A stretch of 64,000 nucleotides of DNA from Nitrospirota bacterium (GTDB taxonomy: Bacteria; Nitrospirota; Nitrospiria; JACQBW01), in the NCBI GenBank assembly GCA_016178585.1, contig JACOTA010000013.1:3183-67182 (forward strand). Direction: 5' to 3'. The notes under the pieces were generated by a model. It did no database searches. It was not told the origin of the DNA and saw nothing but the letters and a program-made list of their open reading frames with translations. The translations under genes were made by a program, and so were the position numbers. Every line of letters begins with the position of its first letter. The first letter of the stretch is position 1. Shown piece by piece: positions 32,321-41,982 of this stretch.

Positions 32321-32755
32321 ATGAGCGCCTTTGACAAAGAAAACCAACACAAATTTATCAGAATTGCAAAACAGTTAAAGAACGGTATTCCTCCGGACGA
32401 AGGCGAAGAAGGGATGATTGCCGATATCCTCTCTCAACATCCGGAATTTGAACAAGTTTGGGAACTTGGAGAAATGTCCGCGACACCGCAGGAGATCAAT
32501 GGCCAAATCGTTAATCCTTTTGTTCATACCGCCCTCCACCTGGCCATGGAAAAGCAAATTGAAAAGAATGACCCCATGGAGGTCGTCGAAGCCATTAATA
32601 ACCTGTTAAAAGGGGGAAAGGAAAGGCATGAAATCATTCATCAGATCGGAGGGGTTTACGCAAACATTTATTTTGCGACCTTTAGAAGGGGTCAGATGTT
32701 TGAAGAGATCAGTTATATCGAAATCGTCAGAGAAATGACCCGCGGCGAACAATAG
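32321..32755 (+). CDS. DUF1841-like protein
   Basis: HPE...NPFVHTALHLAMEKQ...RHEIIH pattern. Confidence 0.75.
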   Translation: MSAFDKENQHKFIRIAKQLKNGIPPDEGEEGMIADILSQHPEFEQVWELGEMSATPQEINGQIVNPFVHTALHLAMEKQIEKNDPMEVVEAINNLLKGGKERHEIIHQIGGVYANIYFATFRRGQMFEEISYIEIVREMTRGEQ

Positions 32756-32760
32756 AACGT

Positions 32761-32886
32761 CCTGAACGTGGAGATGAGGTCAGTTGCAAGGCCGCAGCTT
32801 TGAGGGCGACGCAGGCGTACTTTGTCGGTACGTCGAGGAGACCGAAAGGCGAGAACGCAGCAAATGGCCTCGTATCAGCGTTCAGG
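32761..32886 (+). repeat. Long hairpin repeat family R2, copy 2
   Basis: Aligns with 4906-5029 with compensatory stem changes. Confidence 0.8.
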
Positions 32887-32888
32887 GG

Positions 32889-33083
32889 TTATTCAGATTG
32901 ACCGGGCCGTAGGGGCTCATGGCACCGGTCACAAAACTCATATTTTGCCGGGTTTTCATAGTGACATTCCGGGCAAAATAAATGTTTTTCCCATTGATAA
33001 GATGGAAACTCGGCCAAACACTTTTCACAAAAACTCGATTGATTCAGATTCGGAGTGTCGCATTTTGGACAATGAAGAATCAT
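32889..33083 (-). CDS. Double zinc-ribbon protein
   Basis: Four CxxC pairs. Confidence 0.75.
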   Translation of the reverse strand: MILHCPKCDTPNLNQSSFCEKCLAEFPSYQWEKHLFCPECHYENPAKYEFCDRCHEPLRPGQSE

Positions 33084-33106
33084 ACCGGTTAAAACCCTGT
33101 TTAAAT

Positions 33107-33136
33107 AAAAAATCCCGCATCTCGCGGGATTTTTTT
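33107..33136. terminator. Rho-independent terminator after OFOR operon 2
   Basis: AAAAAATCCCGC ATCTC GCGGGATTTTTT. Confidence 0.85.
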
Positions 33137-33157
33137 AAAATCTCGGTTTATTTTTTA

Positions 33158-33421
33158 TTACCGCGGGATGAATCCCTCTTTTGACATTTCAAAAGGACTG
33201 GCAACCTGGTCCACGGGAACCATTTTGATGGCATGGTGTTTGGCCAGAGTATCACAAATTCCTACGCAAATTTCACACCCCTTGCAACGGTCAACTGCGA
33301 CATAGGCCGTTTTACGGGCGCTATCATATAAAATTGTATTGGCTTCCGGACAATATTGCGTGCAAAGGCGGCAACTTGTTTCTGAACAAATGGATACATT
33401 GATATCAGCTACAACGTACAT
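33158..33421 (-). CDS. OFOR delta (ferredoxin) subunit (operon 2)
   Basis: CSETSCRLCTQYCP and CKGCEICVGIC motifs. Confidence 0.9.
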   Translation of the reverse strand: MYVVADINVSICSETSCRLCTQYCPEANTILYDSARKTAYVAVDRCKGCEICVGICDTLAKHHAIKMVPVDQVASPFEMSKEGFIPR

Positions 33422-33472
33422 GAAACTCCTTTAACAATAATTCATTCAAGTTGATAATTTAATTTCGATAGC

Positions 33473-34174
33473 CTAGGCGGTAACCTTTTGTTTCGCGGGT
33501 TTAGCCACCTGCCACCCCTGCTCAATCGCATAATGATGAGCAAAGGTAATCGCATCCATATTTTTTTGAATCAGCAGGGCTTTTTTGGCGAACTTTTTTT
33601 CAATCACGTTATCTAACGATGCGGTCCCGCCGGAAACCACAAATCCTTTACCCAAAAACCTGTCCTTGACAGATTGCTCAAGGGACACAAGATCAGGCAT
33701 TCCCATAATTCCTGCCATGGCGCCGCACATCGCCATGTTGGTCGCTAATTCTGTTCCCGCGACTTCACTGGCAATCTTGGTGGCCGGCAGATAATATACC
33801 TTGGCCTCTTTTTCCTTTAATTCTCTTTCTTCATCCTCAATAAGCGGAAGAGGCGTATCGTTGTTAATGAGAACGATTCCGCCCTGTTTAAGGCCTGAAT
33901 AAAAAGGCATCGTGTAAGACTTTCCATGGGTGATCACCTGAGAGTGGAAGATCATTAAAGCGTTCGGAAAAATGATTTCTCCAATTTCATAAATACGATC
34001 CTCGGAAATCCGCACATAACTTTCAACCGGAGCCATCCGTTTTTCAGACCCGAAAAACGGAACAAGCGTGCTTTCTCCGCCACTGACAATGACCGCATTG
34101 CTGAGAATGTGAGAAGCGGTCACCACACCCTGCCCGCCAATTCCAGCCATACGAATATTATATCGTTTCCTCAT
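33473..34174 (-). CDS. OFOR gamma subunit (operon 2)
   Basis: GIGGQG and FGSEKRMAP motifs; paralogue of 14047-14727. Confidence 0.93.
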   Translation of the reverse strand: MRKRYNIRMAGIGGQGVVTASHILSNAVIVSGGESTLVPFFGSEKRMAPVESYVRISEDRIYEIGEIIFPNALMIFHSQVITHGKSYTMPFYSGLKQGGIVLINNDTPLPLIEDEERELKEKEAKVYYLPATKIASEVAGTELATNMAMCGAMAGIMGMPDLVSLEQSVKDRFLGKGFVVSGGTASLDNVIEKKFAKKALLIQKNMDAITFAHHYAIEQGWQVAKPAKQKVTA

Positions 34175-34209
34175 TAATTTATTCCTTCTATCTTATGGTT
34201 AAACCGAAT

Positions 34210-35082
34210 TCAGGAAGCGGCCGCCGTTTTTTTATTTTCCTTTTCGACGCGCGCTAAATATTCTTTCGCCTCATCGGAAATAATTTCCATAAATCCATAA
34301 CGATCTTTTTCAACTGCTCGCGCATCGTCCATGACCTTGGGTGTCGGAATCGCATATTCAATGTTGCAGGAGGTGTAAGCCTGAACATAGGTCGGCCCGA
34401 TCTCCCTGGCAATTAAAACAGCCTTCCGAATCACGCTGGCGATGCGGGTTGGGTTGGTTGGAGCCAGCCGCACGATGTAAGGAAGTCCGGCGGTTTTGGC
34501 AAGGCCAATAACATCCATTTTTTCAAACTTTTTACCAAAGGGAGCCATCTTAAGGACCATCCCTTTGGTGGTCATGCCGCTTTCCTGGCCGCCGGTGTTT
34601 CCATAAACCTCGTTATCCAACATGATCGTTGTAAATTTTTCTTTTCTAAACCAGGAATGCATCAGGGCGCTAAAGCCGATGTCGACCAGGCCGCCGTCGC
34701 CCGCCATGACAACGACATCTTTTGGCTGATTTTCATGGCGAATCGACAGACCCCTTTTTAAACCGGAGGCCACCGCATTGGTGTCGCCATAGTTTCCGTA
34801 AACGAAAGGAATATTAGCCTGAGAAAGAGCCAAACGTCCGCAGCCGGCAGTCCCGATGATAATCGTATGTTCCGGATTGGGGAGCCCCACCATGGTCAAC
34901 CGGATAAAGAGGGTCATGGCACATCCCGCGCACATCGGATGTTCCTCTAAAAGCTCTTTAAAGCTTCCCATTTCGGAAACTTTTACCTGACGGCCATAAG
35001 GGCCTCTTTCAACCAGGTCCACATATTCTTTTGGCATATAATGGGAAAAACCATCTGCTATTTTAACGGTATCTAATGACAT
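34210..35082 (-). CDS. OFOR beta subunit (operon 2)
   Basis: CAGC, GDGG...DNEVYGNTGGQ motifs. Confidence 0.93.
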   Translation of the reverse strand: MSLDTVKIADGFSHYMPKEYVDLVERGPYGRQVKVSEMGSFKELLEEHPMCAGCAMTLFIRLTMVGLPNPEHTIIIGTAGCGRLALSQANIPFVYGNYGDTNAVASGLKRGLSIRHENQPKDVVVMAGDGGLVDIGFSALMHSWFRKEKFTTIMLDNEVYGNTGGQESGMTTKGMVLKMAPFGKKFEKMDVIGLAKTAGLPYIVRLAPTNPTRIASVIRKAVLIAREIGPTYVQAYTSCNIEYAIPTPKVMDDARAVEKDRYGFMEIISDEAKEYLARVEKENKKTAAAS

Positions 35083-35143
35083 CTGTTCCCTTTCCTGTTT
35101 TTTCTTCTAAAGAAGAATTTAGTTTGGATTAACGATCTTGAAC

Positions 35144-36400
35144 CTAAAAGCGTTTACCGCCGGCCTGAGGGAAAATATAATCCAAAATCATCTCTGTGGG
35201 CATCGACATTCCACCAAAAACACGGGGACCATCGGCAATTTCCGCGTGAGTATGCCCGTATAAGGTATTTCGCACTTCTTTGGTATGCCATCCGACATAA
35301 TTAAACTCCGGAACAATAATTCTTTTGGCATGCTTGCAAGCTTCAATTAATTCAAGTCTCGGATATGGCCGGATCGATTTTATTTTCACAAGACCGATCT
35401 TCACGCCATGATCTTCTTCAGCCTGCCGAACGGCCTCCCTGGACTGGGAAACGGCGCTTCCGGAAGCGACAATCATAATATCGGAGCCGGGATTAACGAC
35501 TTCAACTGCGCTTCCCATATATTGGTTAATATACCGGCGGGACCTTTCATGAGCGGCAAAAACTTCCTGCTGCCAGGAAGCGTGCATATGGTAACTGATA
35601 AAATTTGATTTTTGAATCGGCGCATCTCTGGAGATACGGGCCGGAGGATTTTCGTTGTCCATACAAGGTGTCGCGGCACGATAAGGATCTCTCGGAGGAA
35701 GCTTGATATCTTTAGGAGGTAATTCAACATATCCGCGGGCATGGGTCACAAAGAATCCATCGACCGCGACGACAACAGGAATATTGACATCGACTTTTTC
35801 TGTAATCATAAACGCTTTCATGGTATAGTCGAAAAAGTCTTGCTGATTTTCGGCGTGGAAAAGAAGAACTCCGGTATTTAAAAGATAGGACAGTTCAACG
35901 TTGTCCGGCTGAATGGCAAGCGGCGCATTCACCACGCGACACATCACGAGAAGAACCAGAGGCATGCGTCCTCCGGGCCATGAGGCGATCACTTCAAGGC
36001 CCCTTAAAAGGCCAGGTCCGGCTGTCGCCGTCAGCGCACGCACACCGGAACGGGATGCCCCGGAAATCGCCGACATGACACCGTATTCTTCTTCACCTCT
36101 ATAATAATCCTTTAAATAACCTTCCGCATAAAGATATCCCACCTGTTGCATCGTTTCGCTCTGAGGCGTAATCGGGTAAGAAATGGCAATATCCACATTA
36201 GAACGGCGAATCGCCTCTTTGGCTGCCTCGCTGCCGGTGATAAAAACCCTTTCCCGGGGAGCTTCAAAGAACATATGTTCAGGGGTAACAACCCGTTGTA
36301 ACGAAGCCTCGCTTACTTTTTCTTTTTTTGGCGCCTCCGCTACGGATATGACGTCCCCTTGCGGGTTTGTTTTTACTTCTGTTTCTACTCCTTCAGACAC
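35144..36400 (-). CDS. OFOR alpha subunit (operon 2, tentatively pyruvate/Por type)
   Basis: YPITPQSE and TATAGPG motifs; paralogue of 15637-16842. Confidence 0.9.
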   Translation of the reverse strand: MSEGVETEVKTNPQGDVISVAEAPKKEKVSEASLQRVVTPEHMFFEAPRERVFITGSEAAKEAIRRSNVDIAISYPITPQSETMQQVGYLYAEGYLKDYYRGEEEYGVMSAISGASRSGVRALTATAGPGLLRGLEVIASWPGGRMPLVLLVMCRVVNAPLAIQPDNVELSYLLNTGVLLFHAENQQDFFDYTMKAFMITEKVDVNIPVVVAVDGFFVTHARGYVELPPKDIKLPPRDPYRAATPCMDNENPPARISRDAPIQKSNFISYHMHASWQQEVFAAHERSRRYINQYMGSAVEVVNPGSDIMIVASGSAVSQSREAVRQAEEDHGVKIGLVKIKSIRPYPRLELIEACKHAKRIIVPEFNYVGWHTKEVRNTLYGHTHAEIADGPRVFGGMSMPTEMILDYIFPQAGGKRF

Positions 36401-36583
36401 AGATTCCTCCTTGTGGATTTATTCACGATATGGATATGGAAATTCAGCCCAGAATATTCATAAAAACTAAGTCTTTTTAAAAATTACACCAGTTCTTGAT
36501 CTGGTGTCAAGATAATTTTGGGAAAAACGGTTGATAACCAGAAGGATAAAATGAAGCGGATCAATCCAATTTTTTTATTTAAA

Positions 36584-36883
36584 TCAAGGGGTTTCGGCAA
36601 AGTGGGTCCTCCTGCCGGTTTGCCCGTCCCCATAGACCATAAAGACTCTTTTCCCCTGACGTACATGGTAGGTCGCCCAAGCCGGAGATTTCCCCTCATA
36701 CTCCGCCAGAGGGTCTTCGCCGTGGGCTTTAAAAAAGTCGGGATAGCTTAAACCCGCCTCCATAACATCTGCCAGAAGACAGTCGGTTGTAAACCCTTTA
36801 CCTTTTAAAACAACGTGTGTTAATATCTGTTGAATTTCTTCCGGATTGTTTACTTCAATTGCGTTAATTTCCTCTTTCAACAA
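36584..36883 (-). CDS. Hypothetical protein upstream of OFOR operon 2
   Basis: Clean ORF with GGAG RBS and an SPAWATYHVRQGKRVFMVYG segment. Confidence 0.75.
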   Translation of the reverse strand: MLKEEINAIEVNNPEEIQQILTHVVLKGKGFTTDCLLADVMEAGLSYPDFFKAHGEDPLAEYEGKSPAWATYHVRQGKRVFMVYGDGQTGRRTHFAETP

Positions 36884-36924
36884 CGAACTCCTAAATAAAA
36901 AGATTTTTTAAAACGCGATACGCT

Positions 36925-37713
36925 TTAATAACTTTCTTCTTTGGAAGGGAACTTCCCGCCCTCGACGTCCCCTTTATATCGGCGAATCGCGTCTTCTGCC
37001 AGCTTTTTAAAGTCCGCATATTTCCGAACAAATTTAGGAACAAACTGATCAAACAACCCCAAAAGATCATAAAGAACAAGGACCTGTCCCCCGCAGTCGG
37101 GACCTGCCCCTATTCCAACTGTCGGAATCGACAAACTCTTCGTAACTTTTTTGGCTAATTCGGCCGGAATCCCTTCCAACAAGAGGGCAAAAGCGCCCGC
37201 TTCTTCGATTAAACGGGCATCGGATAAAATCTTATCGGCCTCTTTTTTGCCTTTTCCCTGAACCTTATATCCCCCGAATTTGTGGATCGACTGAGGGGTT
37301 AAGCCCAAATGCCCCATAACCGGTATTTCGGCATCCACAATCGCCCTGATCCGGTCGATCATGGGCGAGCCCCCTTCCAACTTAACCCCCATTGCGCCGC
37401 CCTCTTTTAAAAACCGCCCCGCATTATGAACGGCCTCTTCGTTCGAGACTTGGTAGGAAAGAAACGGCATATCGGCTAACAAAACACCGTTTTTGACCCC
37501 TCGCGAAACAATTCGGGTATGATAAACCATTTCGTCCATGGTCACCGGAAGGGTATTGGGATTTCCCTGGACAACAACGCTCAAAGAGTCTCCCACCAGA
37601 ACCACGTCGATTCCCGCTTCATCTACGATAGATCCGAAAAGAAAATCATATGCAGTCAGCATGGTGATTTTCTTACCCTCGTTTTTCTTTTTTTGAAGAT
37701 CTGGAATCGTCAT
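36925..37713 (-). CDS. panB: Ketopantoate hydroxymethyltransferase
   Basis: MLTAYD, LVGDSL, VKLEGG and GHLGLTPQ motifs. Confidence 0.97.
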   Translation of the reverse strand: MTIPDLQKKKNEGKKITMLTAYDFLFGSIVDEAGIDVVLVGDSLSVVVQGNPNTLPVTMDEMVYHTRIVSRGVKNGVLLADMPFLSYQVSNEEAVHNAGRFLKEGGAMGVKLEGGSPMIDRIRAIVDAEIPVMGHLGLTPQSIHKFGGYKVQGKGKKEADKILSDARLIEEAGAFALLLEGIPAELAKKVTKSLSIPTVGIGAGPDCGGQVLVLYDLLGLFDQFVPKFVRKYADFKKLAEDAIRRYKGDVEGGKFPSKEESY

Positions 37714-38576
37714 GACATGATTTCTCTTTTTAGGGCATTTTGAGCGGAGACCAGAGTATTGGACAAAAGCATGGCAATCGTCATAGGACCCACGCCCCCG
37801 GGAACCGGGGTAATGAAACCCGCTTTTTTAGAAACCTTTTCAAAATCAACATCCCCTACCAACTTCCCGTCGGGAAGACGGTTGATTCCGACATCAATCA
37901 CCGCCGCCCCGGCTTTAATCATCTCTTCGGTCACCATAAGCGCTTTTCCAACGGCCGCAACAACGATATCTGCCTTTTTAATTATTTCAGCTAAATCTTT
38001 TGTCTTGGAGTGGCAAATAGAGACTGTGGCATCTTTCTGCAACAACATTAACGCGACCGGCTTGCCCACCAGGTGGCTCCTTCCCAAAACCACCGCATTT
38101 GCCCCTTTTATTTCGATTTTCATGTATTCCAAAAGCTTCATGACGCCTAAAGGGGTGCATGGAACAAAACCCGCTTCCCCCATCATCAATTTACCGGCAT
38201 TTAACGGATGAAGCCCGTCTACATCTTTTTCCGGAGAAATGGCGTTAATTATTTTCTTTTCGTCTAAATGTTTCGGGAGAGGAAGTTGAACGAGAATTCC
38301 ATGAATTTTGGAATCCCGGTTCAAAAAGTCAACCAGCTTTAACACCTCTTCCAGAGAGGCGTTTTTATCCAGTTCGTGAAGCTCCGAATGCATACCGGCC
38401 TCCCGGGCCGATTTCCTTTTGTTCCGGACGTAGACCTGAGACGCTGGATGATCTCCGACTAAAACCGCAGCCAGGCCGGGAACAATCCCTTTCGCGACAA
38501 CCTCTTTGACCTCAATTGCGATCTGGTTCCTGATTTCTAAAGCAATTTTTTTCCCATCGATGAGCCTGGCAGTCAT
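37710..38576 (-). CDS. folD: Methylene-THF dehydrogenase/cyclohydrolase
   Basis: YVRNK, QLPLP, KDVDG and TPVPGGVGPMT motifs. Confidence 0.97.
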   Translation of the reverse strand: MTARLIDGKKIALEIRNQIAIEVKEVVAKGIVPGLAAVLVGDHPASQVYVRNKRKSAREAGMHSELHELDKNASLEEVLKLVDFLNRDSKIHGILVQLPLPKHLDEKKIINAISPEKDVDGLHPLNAGKLMMGEAGFVPCTPLGVMKLLEYMKIEIKGANAVVLGRSHLVGKPVALMLLQKDATVSICHSKTKDLAEIIKKADIVVAAVGKALMVTEEMIKAGAAVIDVGINRLPDGKLVGDVDFEKVSKKAGFITPVPGGVGPMTIAMLLSNTLVSAQNALKREIMS

Positions 38577-39166
38577 ATCTTCGAACGGATCTCCTTTTGA
38601 GTGATTTCAATCGTCCTGTATTCCGTAAGGATTTTATTCATTTTAATGTCATGTTCCTCTGAAGGAATGGATTTCACAATCTGAAATTCAAAGGCCAGCC
38701 CGATGAGGAGCGCGGTTCGATTCTGGCTGAATAGTTTATCGTAAAACCCTTTACCAAAGCCAATCCTGTTCCCTGACGGATCAAATGCCACCCCTGGAAT
38801 GACCGCCAACTGAACAGACCGGCGATCTACCGGCCTGATAAACGGGCCATAGGGCTCTTTAATCCCATACTTATTTTCCCTTAACTCTGTTCTCAGGTCT
38901 TTGAGTTCGGAGAGTTCGATTTGATCGGTTTTATCGTTTAACCAGGGCACGACGACCTGTTTTCCTGCTTCAAGCGACTTCCGAATCACCTCATCGGTCT
39001 CAACTTCGTTTTTAAAGCCCATATAAAAATGAACGGTTTTTGCCCGCCGGTACTCCTCACGATTCAATAGCCTTGCCTGAATGGCGCGAGACTTCAGTTT
39101 CCATTCTTCCGGAGAAAGAGCCGCCCTCCTGGCAAGGAGTTCTTTTCGTATTCCGTCTTTGTCCAC
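38573..39166 (-). CDS. 5-formyltetrahydrofolate cyclo-ligase (YgfA family)
   Basis: PGVAFD...RIGFGKGFYD and HD motifs. Confidence 0.93.
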   Translation of the reverse strand: MDKDGIRKELLARRAALSPEEWKLKSRAIQARLLNREEYRRAKTVHFYMGFKNEVETDEVIRKSLEAGKQVVVPWLNDKTDQIELSELKDLRTELRENKYGIKEPYGPFIRPVDRRSVQLAVIPGVAFDPSGNRIGFGKGFYDKLFSQNRTALLIGLAFEFQIVKSIPSEEHDIKMNKILTEYRTIEITQKEIRSKI

Positions 39167-39491
39167 GAATAACTTTCCTGTTTAACGCAAAAAACTAGAT
39201 TAACAGTCCGGCGCCATTCGTGTCAATCACGTTCCCGGGCCTTTAAATGGGCAAGGTCTTGTTTTCAGAAAAATTTTGTTTTTTAGATTTTTAAGGCGAA
39301 GTTAAATTTGGGGAAACAGGGGCGTTCAGGCGCACAAAAGTCTGGAAACCTTTTTAATGATAAGATGATTTCCGAAACTTTTGTTCGCCTCAGAAACCTT
39401 TTTGCGAAGCCCGTTATATTTTTGAATGGGAAAAATCAACTGGTCTTTGAATGAATCCATCCAAACAAATAATAAAATCTTAAAAAATAAA

Positions 39492-39779
39492 TTACTTTTT
39501 TCCTAAAACAGCGTCTTTGCAGGCTTTAGCCACTCGAAACTTTAAAACCCTCTTTGCCGCAATCTTAATGGCTTCACCTGTTTGGGGGTTTCTTCCCATC
39601 CTGGCCTTGCGATTAACAACCACCAGTTTTCCCAGACCCGGAACGGTGAAAGAATTTTTTGCTTCTTTATATGCCAACGAAATAACTTCGTCTAATATTT
39701 CGGCCACTCTCTTTTTGCTTAAAACTAATTTTTTGGAAAGATGTTCCAATATTTTAGATTTTGTCATGGACTTAGCCAT
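39492..39779 (-). CDS. HU family DNA-binding protein
   Basis: GLGKL...RKARMGRNPQTGE; start at the ATG following the GGAGG RBS. Confidence 0.95.
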   Translation of the reverse strand: MAKSMTKSKILEHLSKKLVLSKKRVAEILDEVISLAYKEAKNSFTVPGLGKLVVVNRKARMGRNPQTGEAIKIAAKRVLKFRVAKACKDAVLGKK

Positions 39780-39903
39780 AATTCCTCCCCGGTTTGAGTT
39801 TAAAGCCGGCCAAAGCCTGAACGATAGCTTTTCGGCCAGTGTTTCCATACTAAAATAAGCATTTTTTTAAAAAAAGCAAGATAAAAATTAAAAAAACGCA
39901 AAT

Positions 39904-41130
39904 TTATTGGTCTTGCAAAATCAAAAATCCTTTTTTTCCGATTTTAATTCGGAATGTTTGATTCGTTTTCTTAAGTTCAAATTTAAAAAACGGATCCGAA
40001 ATCCGGCATGAATTGATTTCAACGCCTCCCTGTTCAATCAACCGTTTACTCTCGCTGTTACTCTTAACAAATCCATATTTAACCAAAAGCGCCACAATTC
40101 CAACGGTTGCCGAACCGGGAGGATCCAGCAATTCCGACAACGGGATCGGCCTCAGATCGTCGGGGAATTCTCTGCGGCTGAACTTTTGGGTAAACTCCGT
40201 TTCGGCGGTTAAGCTTTCCGCCACGCTATGGAAACGGGCAACAATCTCCCGCGCTAATTTTCTTTTTGCCTCCATTGGGTGGAATCGGCTGACCTCTACG
40301 ATGGGCAGGTCCGTCAAAAGCTCATAATATTTCAACATGACAGCATCATTTATCGACATGATCTTTCCGAACATTTCAGATGGGGGATCCAACAGTCCAA
40401 TACTGTTTCCATACGATTTGCTCATTTTTCGGACCCCGTCTGTTCCCTCCAGTAACGGAAGAGTCAGGACGACCTGGGGATTCTGACCATAAGCGCGCTG
40501 TAAATCCCTCCCCACCAGAAGATTGAATTTCTGATCCGTTCCACCAAGCTCGACATCTGACTTCAGAGCAACAGAGTCATACCCCTGAATGAGAGGATAA
40601 AGAAATTCATGAATGGAAATAGGTTGATTAGAAGCATATCTTTTTTGAAAATCGTCCCGTTCCAGGATACGGGCAACACTATAATGGGCGCTTAAATGAA
40701 TTAAGTCTTCCGCGGACATTTTACTTAACCAGCGGCTATTAAAGTCAATCACTGTTTTTTGAGGGTCAAGGATTTTAAAAACCTGTTCCTTATAAGTTTC
40801 CGCGTTTTCTAAAACCTCTGTTTTAGTCAGCGCTTTTCGGGTGTCAGACCTGCCGCTTGGATCACCAATCATACCGGTAAAATCTCCAATTAAAAAAATG
40901 ACCTCATGTCCTAAATCCTGAAAGGCTTTTAGTTTCGACAATAAAACGGTATGTCCGAGGTGCAGGTCTTTTGCCGTCGGATCAAAGCCGGCCTTTATCC
41001 GGAGGGGTTTTTTTTCTTTAATCGAGTATTCAATTTTATGAATCAACTCGTCTTTCTGGATAATTTCCACACATCCTCTGGAAAGAATATCGAGTTGCCT
41101 TTTTACGACTTCTGAAAACATGTCAGCCAA
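39904..41130 (-). CDS. tyrS: Tyrosine--tRNA ligase
   Basis: GFDPT, HLGH and KMSKS motifs; S4 domain. Confidence 0.97.
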   Translation of the reverse strand: MADMFSEVVKRQLDILSRGCVEIIQKDELIHKIEYSIKEKKPLRIKAGFDPTAKDLHLGHTVLLSKLKAFQDLGHEVIFLIGDFTGMIGDPSGRSDTRKALTKTEVLENAETYKEQVFKILDPQKTVIDFNSRWLSKMSAEDLIHLSAHYSVARILERDDFQKRYASNQPISIHEFLYPLIQGYDSVALKSDVELGGTDQKFNLLVGRDLQRAYGQNPQVVLTLPLLEGTDGVRKMSKSYGNSIGLLDPPSEMFGKIMSINDAVMLKYYELLTDLPIVEVSRFHPMEAKRKLAREIVARFHSVAESLTAETEFTQKFSRREFPDDLRPIPLSELLDPPGSATVGIVALLVKYGFVKSNSESKRLIEQGGVEINSCRISDPFFKFELKKTNQTFRIKIGKKGFLILQDQ

Positions 41131-41141
41131 TTTTATCTTTT

Positions 41142-41513
41142 TTATTCAACTGTAATATAGGGTTTTATTTTATTGAAATTTTTTGAACCCACCCCTTTAA
41201 TTTCCATCACGGATTCAATGGTGGGGAAAGGGCCGTTCAAGTCCTGATATTCCTTAATCCGCTTCGCAAGTTTTTCTCCTATCCCGGGGAGTGTCATCAG
41301 GTTATCCAGAGAGGCCTGGTTCAGGTTTACCTTTTTCTCATCGGCTCCCTCTCCTGATAGAGCGGATGCGTCCTGAGAAGGCTGAGGCGGAACGATTTCT
41401 TGCTGCGAGACCCACCCCCTTAAACCAAAGGCCGTTCCCAGGGCGAGAAAAAAAAGAAGGAATTTAAATACTCTAATCCTCTTCCTGCTGTTCCTCTCGA
41501 ATAAATTCTTCAT
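41142..41513 (-). CDS. ComEA-like helix-hairpin-helix protein
   Basis: VNLNQAS...LPGIGEKLA...IKGVG; start uncertain. Confidence 0.85.
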   Translation of the reverse strand: MKNLFERNSRKRIRVFKFLLFFLALGTAFGLRGWVSQQEIVPPQPSQDASALSGEGADEKKVNLNQASLDNLMTLPGIGEKLAKRIKEYQDLNGPFPTIESVMEIKGVGSKNFNKIKPYITVE

Positions 41514-41868
41514 ATTCCTTATAATCCATTAAGTTATCCAATTCAGATGGATCAGACATTTCGATCACCGCAATCCAGCCCAATCCGTAGGGGTCTTCAT
41601 TAATCAGTTCAGGCCTTTCTTTTAATTCCTGATTAACCTCAATTATTTTTCCGCTGATAGGCGCAAGAACAGGAGAGGTCGTTTTTGTCGATTCAATTTC
41701 CATAATTTCTTCTTCAGCGCTTAATTCGATGTTGGTTTCGGGGGTTTCGATAAATACAATATCTCCGAGCGATTCCTGGGCAAAATCGGTGATGCCGATC
41801 GTCGCGCGCTTTCCCTCTTTTTTGACCCACTCATGATCTGTCGAAAATTTTAAATCTTCAGGCCGCAT
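41473..41868 (-). CDS. gcvH: Glycine cleavage H (lipoyl carrier) protein
   Basis: HEWV, GITDFAQ-LGDIVF, IESTK and NEDPYG-GW motifs. Confidence 0.93.
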   Translation of the reverse strand: MRPEDLKFSTDHEWVKKEGKRATIGITDFAQESLGDIVFIETPETNIELSAEEEIMEIESTKTTSPVLAPISGKIIEVNQELKERPELINEDPYGLGWIAVIEMSDPSELDNLMDYKEYEEFIREEQQEED

Positions 41869-41886
41869 TAAATCCTCCTATTTTAT

Positions 41887-41963
41887 ATTCAGGGGTCTTC
41901 GAGAAAAACACTCTCAATGCCCCCGAACCCCGCGTTACGCACTGGCAAAGCCAGTTGCTTCAC
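41887..41963 (-). repeat. Repeat family R1, copy 5
   Basis: Conserved arms with a GAGA...TCTC variable loop. Confidence 0.9.
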
Positions 41964-41982
41964 TTATTAGAATTGAATATGT

